A stretch of DNA of 64,000 nt from Phoronis australis. Lineage: Eukaryota; Animalia; Phoronida. Made by a program: the position numbers and the translations under genes. This document shows, in pieces, positions 26,235-64,000 of this stretch (the first letter of the stretch is position 1; each line of letters opens with the position of its first letter). The notes under the pieces are model-generated. The model did no database searches. It was not told the origin of the DNA and worked only from the letters and a program-made list of their open reading frames with translations. The stretch spans positions 246,229 through 310,228 of the forward strand of contig NMRA01000158.1 in the NCBI GenBank assembly GCA_002633005.1. The letters are read 5' to 3'.

Positions 26235-29200
26235 TTGTTTAATATATTTCAGACATATGTAGCGTCCATACTTATTACCGCAAACTATTACGACTGCCAT
26301 AACAACTATTATAGCATCATTGTTGTAGGATGTTAGAAGTTTGTGACGGTAATTTGATTGTAACGTTCATCTTGCTATTCAAAATAGTTACTGCTACAGC
26401 TTAGTAGTACAAAAAAAAAAAACAATTGCAGGCGGTCTGATACACGTTGTTCCAGACGTGCGCAGGCCTCGCTTGTGGGCCCATTGCACTTATCACCTGG
26501 AAATATTTTTAAACCTGGCTCAAGGGTTTAGCAGTGTGACCTGGTGGGACTTAGCAGTACTACAACGAACCACAGATTGATGCAAAGCACCGCCTCTTAG
26601 CACTAAAGCTGTACCTTTTGCCCCTCCTGCTCTGTGACTTATATCAATAAAACTATTGAAAGTTACTTATAGAGGCCCCTATCCTGCTATGTTGACATTA
26701 GCTGTCTTGAGGTGGGTGAAGGGTAACCACTAGTACAATGTAGTACAACCCTGTTTTGTATGAAAGATAATCCGACCTGATATGAGTGAGCCAGTACACA
26801 CTATAGTTGGATTACCATCAACTAACTGCCTAGGAGATGAGGAATCTACAGCAGTTATTCATCTTGTGAGGGGGGAAATGCCATACTATGACTGAGATGT
26901 TACATAGGAACCATGTATTAGATAAAGTTTGCCATATGTATGACTGAAATATTACATAGGAACGGTGTATTAGCTAAAGTTTACAGACATGGTCATGTGA
27001 CCTAATCAATGACAGATTGGTACATGGTTAATAGTCAAATGATGTAACCATTCTGGTATCAGAAAATATTATAATTGGCTGAATGCACATATTTACTGAT
27101 AAGGTCCTACATAAGAAAGCATTCAGAAATTATATAGTCCCACAAAGAAGAAGAAAAATAACCCCAGTTGTAGAGTTGGCGCAAAGTTTGACACTGATGA
27201 ACACCTAAGGTTTGGTTCTGATGCTTATGTACTGTTTGGGACCAGTAATAACACCTGTGCACTTAAGGCTTTTGAGGTAATGCTTTACCCAGGTGATTTG
27301 TATTTAGAAATCTTCTACGTTGACTCATGTAGCAGTTGATGTGTGGTGTTTTGGGCATTGTCTGATTTTGTTTAGCTTAATGCATGCATTCATGGCCAAG
27401 AACTTTCTCCCTATGTCGTGAAGTGAACATGCTGATAATGAGTATAAAATTGAGAAGATAAGGTTGCTATATGATGCATGAATGTCTCCCTGGCTAGACA
27501 TAAAACAACCCTGAAACAGTTCCCGAATGGCTTTTCAAACTTTGCTCCCCTGGGAAGTTTACAATTTAAAATGTGGAGTCTGGTCACAACCATGATTGTT
27601 CTGATGATATCTTCAGAGAATCTGTTTGGTTAGAGTGTTGTTGGGTCATTACTTGCTTCATTGTGGCTTCAGGGATGCCTGATAAGGTGTCCTCTAGTAT
27701 TCTAACACATGAGGTGATGGGAGATAGAAAGTGTAATTAGACATTGGTTCCTAATTGCATCTGCATGGAACTTCTATGTGTGCAGTAATACTTCCTGGTT
27801 AGGAAGTTTGTGTGGTTTGGGGAACTCTGTGCCCTATACTGGATGAGTGAGCAAAATATTGGTGTGTCCAGGTCAAATATTTTGGAATTTGTACCACCCA
27901 TCAGACAGGATTTTAAGTGAAGTTGTCCTGATGTTATAACGATTGTATCATTTCCTTGTTTCACCACACACAACAGCTATCTTAAATTTTAATTTCTATA
28001 ACTATTAAAGCTTTTGTGGACACAGCTTTTTGTTGCACATGGATTCAAAGACAAAGGTCTGACGTGATGACGCCCCTTTCAGATTTCGACTGTGTTTGCT
28101 CTTCTGACTTCATGGAGTTCAGGTTTTTATGTGTGCACAACAGATAATGTTTGTGTGAGGCTGTGTAGATACATTCTCCAACTTGCAGCACAAGTAACTG
28201 CATACAGCTCATGTCGGTCGGATTCCTACATTCGTGGATTTTTTTAGAAAACTGGAAAACCTACCGGGGATACTTGTATTTTACCTTGCAGGTGGTTTAT
28301 GGGTATTAAGGGTAGACTTAATCTTGTAACCGGAGTACACGTTGCAAAGACTTAATTACTCAGTCAATTGTCAAATGATGCAAAATTCTCTATAAATGAG
28401 GCTTATCAGATTTCATTGGCTTGTTTCAGCTTGGTTTGTTGGCAGTAATCAACGTGTGGGAGGATCCGAAACTCCTATTGGAAACCTAAGACATGGTTTG
28501 ATAACTTGTCGTTTTTTTGCAAGATTTAATGTGGCAACGTGTCTGTAAGCATACAGATGAGTGAGGATTGTATTTATGGCTTGCATTCTGTCTTGTAACT
28601 GTACAAACTGGTGAAGGTTATGTAGGTTGTGAATGTGTAAAATTACATTTTCACTATTCAGTTTCTATTTAAGAGTGCGGCAATACATGCTCTCCTGTGC
28701 ATGTGTCAATAAAATTTGTTTATTCATGCAGTTCATCAAGAACCTTATTAAATGTAGCAGTGCAAATGTATTGGTCGGATGGCAGGCAATTAATGAATAC
28801 TATAAATAACCATGACTGTAGAGTGTCAATATTTTGCTGGCTTTCCATAGACCTGACATTTCCTTTACTCTGCTTGAATTATTCGATTCCTATAGGAGGC
28901 TTGTTGATGTTGCAACAAACGGGTTTGCGCAATCTTCATGGCTTTTTCTTGCGACTGGCCATATCCCGATAGTGATTAGGGAGACTGATTGAGGAGGCTA
29001 GCGTTTTATTGATCGGCACAAGCGATTCTACTGGTTTATGCTTGGTGAATCGGTCATGTACAGTAGTTAGGCTGATATTGAACACTTTGCAATGACCTGT
29101 TCAAACATGGTGACTGTGTTTGCTAGCCATGTTGGACATTCATCGATGGGACTGGTGAGCAGCGGAGTATAATGCTAGGTTAGTCCAGGGGTCTTATCTC

Positions 29201-30079
29201 AACTCCCAACTACACTACCAATTCTTTAGTGGTAGTTTTTGTTGCACTATATATATCATGGTGTTATTCAGATGAGTTTCTTGTCCATTTTCGCACTTGG
29301 AAGCACCGGCATTGAAGTCGGAAAGCACCAACATTGAAGTCGGAACTGGGAGTCGCAAGTTTTTTTGCTAGATGTTAAAAGTCATCAAAGGTGAACTTGG
29401 ATTAGAAATTATTTTAATCCCCGATATGCTCTTTAACCGTCAATGGTAGATGCTCATGTTGAGTAAATATGATAAAAATGTGGAGTTCAAGTTAGAAGTT
29501 ACATCATGTTATGGGCTTACTGCCTAGAGAAGTCATCAAAGTGCCAACAAGAATTTTGCCGTTTATTTGTTCTTGATTTCTATTCTAGTTCCTCACAGGT
29601 AATAAAAGAACAGGTTCGTGGGCCTGAGGATTGGTCTTAGACGTAGATAATGCGTGGGATTAGACCGCACAGTTGAAACTGATAAAGTTTCATGCTTAAA
29701 AATAATAGGGCAGATGTTGTGGCTGGGGGCTAAGTAATTATTTGATGCAGATTTATTTATGAAATTTGATTATGCTGTTTACCAATTGTGAGGTGAATGT
29801 TTTGGACCTCTGGAGCCTTGACTTTGAAAGGAACGGTTTCCTCCTCATTTTTGTATGAGCTCGTTTCTGTATGATGGATGGTTCATAAAATATGAATATT
29901 GACAAGTTTTTCATACGAGTTGGTTTTGGTCACGGCCAGTTGCTGATAGCAAATGTGGGAACTATTATGTTTTCCAAGTAAACATTTCAATGAAACTGTT
30001 CAACCATTTAGATATATCTAACTATCCATGAGGATGCATATTGTGTGTGGCCTTTTGCTGCTGTCTCCTAAAGCCTTTG

Positions 30080-30760
30080 CAGAATCTTCACAAAATTTGT
30101 GTGCAGTTTTATTCCTATTGAGCTGACGACAACGGGTCTTACTACTGCGGAGCACATGTGTCAATTTTAAGTTAAGTTTGCCTCTATGTCTGTGCCGGCT
30201 AGGTTTTTTGTAAAAAGGATAGCAACACTTTCTCGTTGTCAGATACATTTGCCATATTTTGCACCCCTAGAGTCCATTTTTGTTATGTTTATTCATCTTG
30301 CCTGCCAAGCTATTAATTATGGAATTTAGCAGATGTGTTCCTAATTGAGGAGAGTAGGGATAACATTGATTTTTTGACTTGTCTCACCATAGTAGGTCCA
30401 CTTAGTATAATTATTTGTTTTCTCTGTCCCAAGGTCAGTGATGAATCTTCATGGAATTTAATATTGATGTTCCCATTGAGGAGAGCACAGCTCATGTTGA
30501 TTTTTAGACTGGCCCACTTAGATTCGCAACCCTAGTCTCCATTTTTTCCTTTGCCTTTGTCTCCCAAGTTACTTGATGGATCTTCTTTAAATTTATTTAC
30601 ATGTTCCTGTTGGGGAGAGAACAGGTGACGTGTATTCCTGAATGGGCCTTACCACTGTAGCAATCCCAGGAGACAATTCAGGTTTTGTTTCCGTTGCTCA
30701 TTTTCTACCAAGTTCTTTGTGAGAGATCTTAAAATTTGGCTCATAAGTTTTTATGAAGGA
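30080..30760. repeat. Degenerate repeat array (about 115-bp period; ttcatggaattt...gttccyattgaggag)
   Basis: Motif recurs near 30087, 30317, 30447 and 30580; resembles the 21.3-23.3 kb array. Confidence 0.5.
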
Positions 30761-31733
30761 AACAATGGCACTCGCCCAGGTTCAGATGAAATCACTGTTT
30801 TACGCCCCCTTGTAGTCATTTATGAATAAGTTGCTAATTGTTCCTTGTTTAAATTAGAGGGGATTTCTGGACTTGGAAAGGGCTGGCATTGGTGAGACGA
30901 GAGTGCATAAGTTGGCTTGTCAGGACAGCTTATTTTATGAGTATGGTCTCCAGCACTAAAATACTGCAAGTTTAGGAACAAGATGAGATCATTTAGCAAT
31001 AGAGGAACAGGAGTAGAGCTGCTTAAACCCTGTAAACAGATATTATTTGTGCTAGAGTGGCAATGCTTCAATAGAAGACATGTGTTGTGTTAGTGGATCA
31101 ACATTGTTTGGGATGGATCCATATACACAAGCCTGATTATTTAGTCTTGGTTCTCATCAGGCAAAGGTTGGGTAATTTATGAGTGCCTTGTTCGAGATTG
31201 CTTTCATAATGTGTGGTTGAAGGTCTAGACTTGACATAGGCACTATGTTTTTGTTATTTTGTCATTCTATCTTGGTAAGATTAATCTTACATTCATTTGA
31301 CTTTTAAAATGACATCAACTGTGATTTCAAAATAGATGTGCTTGGAAGTCTGATTTGAACAACATCTGCCACAAGCATTGGTTTGCTTTTGTTTACGACT
31401 GGTGTTAATGATGAAATCTGCAGCACCTTTCATAAAGGCAAGATACTCGTAGCCAGAAATCTATCATTAGAACAGAAACCACAAATTTTCTCCTTCATTT
31501 CAACAGTACATCACCTGATCACTTAAGTGACAGTCTTTTTGTTAGTCCACACTCACATTAACCTTGCGCAGTCTCACTTTTGCAAAAATCCTGCTCTGTG
31601 AAACACACCCCCGTACTTGCAACATAGGTCGGTGTAGGTTGGTTGGGGAGTTTCAAAGTCTTAGCAGTCGACGTCCACAATACTACAATGCTGTTTCTCC
31701 AAACAGGTACAAGAGTGATTGCTAGCCAGCGCT

Positions 31734-63674
<31,941 letters not shown>

Positions 63675-64000
63675 TTCAGTAGACTGTCCATGAACCAGTA
63701 GTCAGGCTGGTCTGTAAAACGTTGTAGTGTTGTGTATGTTGATAGAGGCAGCTAGTAGTTGGTAGCAGGGTTTAGTTTTTGTAGTCTTGCATGGATTGAA
63801 AAACAATTTCTCTTCAGATTTTGGTAACAAGAGTTGCGTGTAGACCATTTCCACAAAGTGGCAGTTAGATGGCAGTGGGCTAGCTAGCATTTTACAGAAT
63901 TCAGAAACGTTCTTTTAATGCACAATCGGTGAAAAACAAAACAGACACAAAATATAACAAGCCTCTTTATAAAATGTCTCGCCGTTGTCATTGCTCAAAT

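Overview
AT-rich metazoan (invertebrate, probably protostome/lophotrochozoan-like) genomic DNA. It is dominated by one + strand, multi-exon gene for a plasma-membrane Ca2+-ATPase (PMCA/ATP2B, P2B-type). I could splice 17 core coding exons (ATG at 31734 to 53338) by hand with GT-AG boundaries and matching phases into 3333 nt / 1111 codons, containing [29 protein letters not shown] and GDGTND. The most interesting part is a combinatorial splicing layer inferred from sequence only: (i) a 60-nt symmetric exon in the first extracellular loop; (ii) two frame-preserving microexons (18 nt and 21/30 nt) at the position of vertebrate splice site A, with UGC and TGCATG motifs; (iii) three alternative exons that each complete the split calmodulin-binding domain at site C with a different tail (ETSI*, ETRL*, and a non-PDZ tail 10 kb downstream). 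The first 31 kb has no convincing coding sequence and is probably a large 5'-UTR intron. It holds non-autonomous DNA transposons, including a triple-nested insertion and a foldback element, and a degenerate repeat carrying CTCF-like motifs. Two near-identical tandem duplications, each joined by a single N (1997, 52402), look like haplotype or assembly artefacts. No CRISPR arrays, rRNA, tRNA or intact transposase ORFs were recognised.
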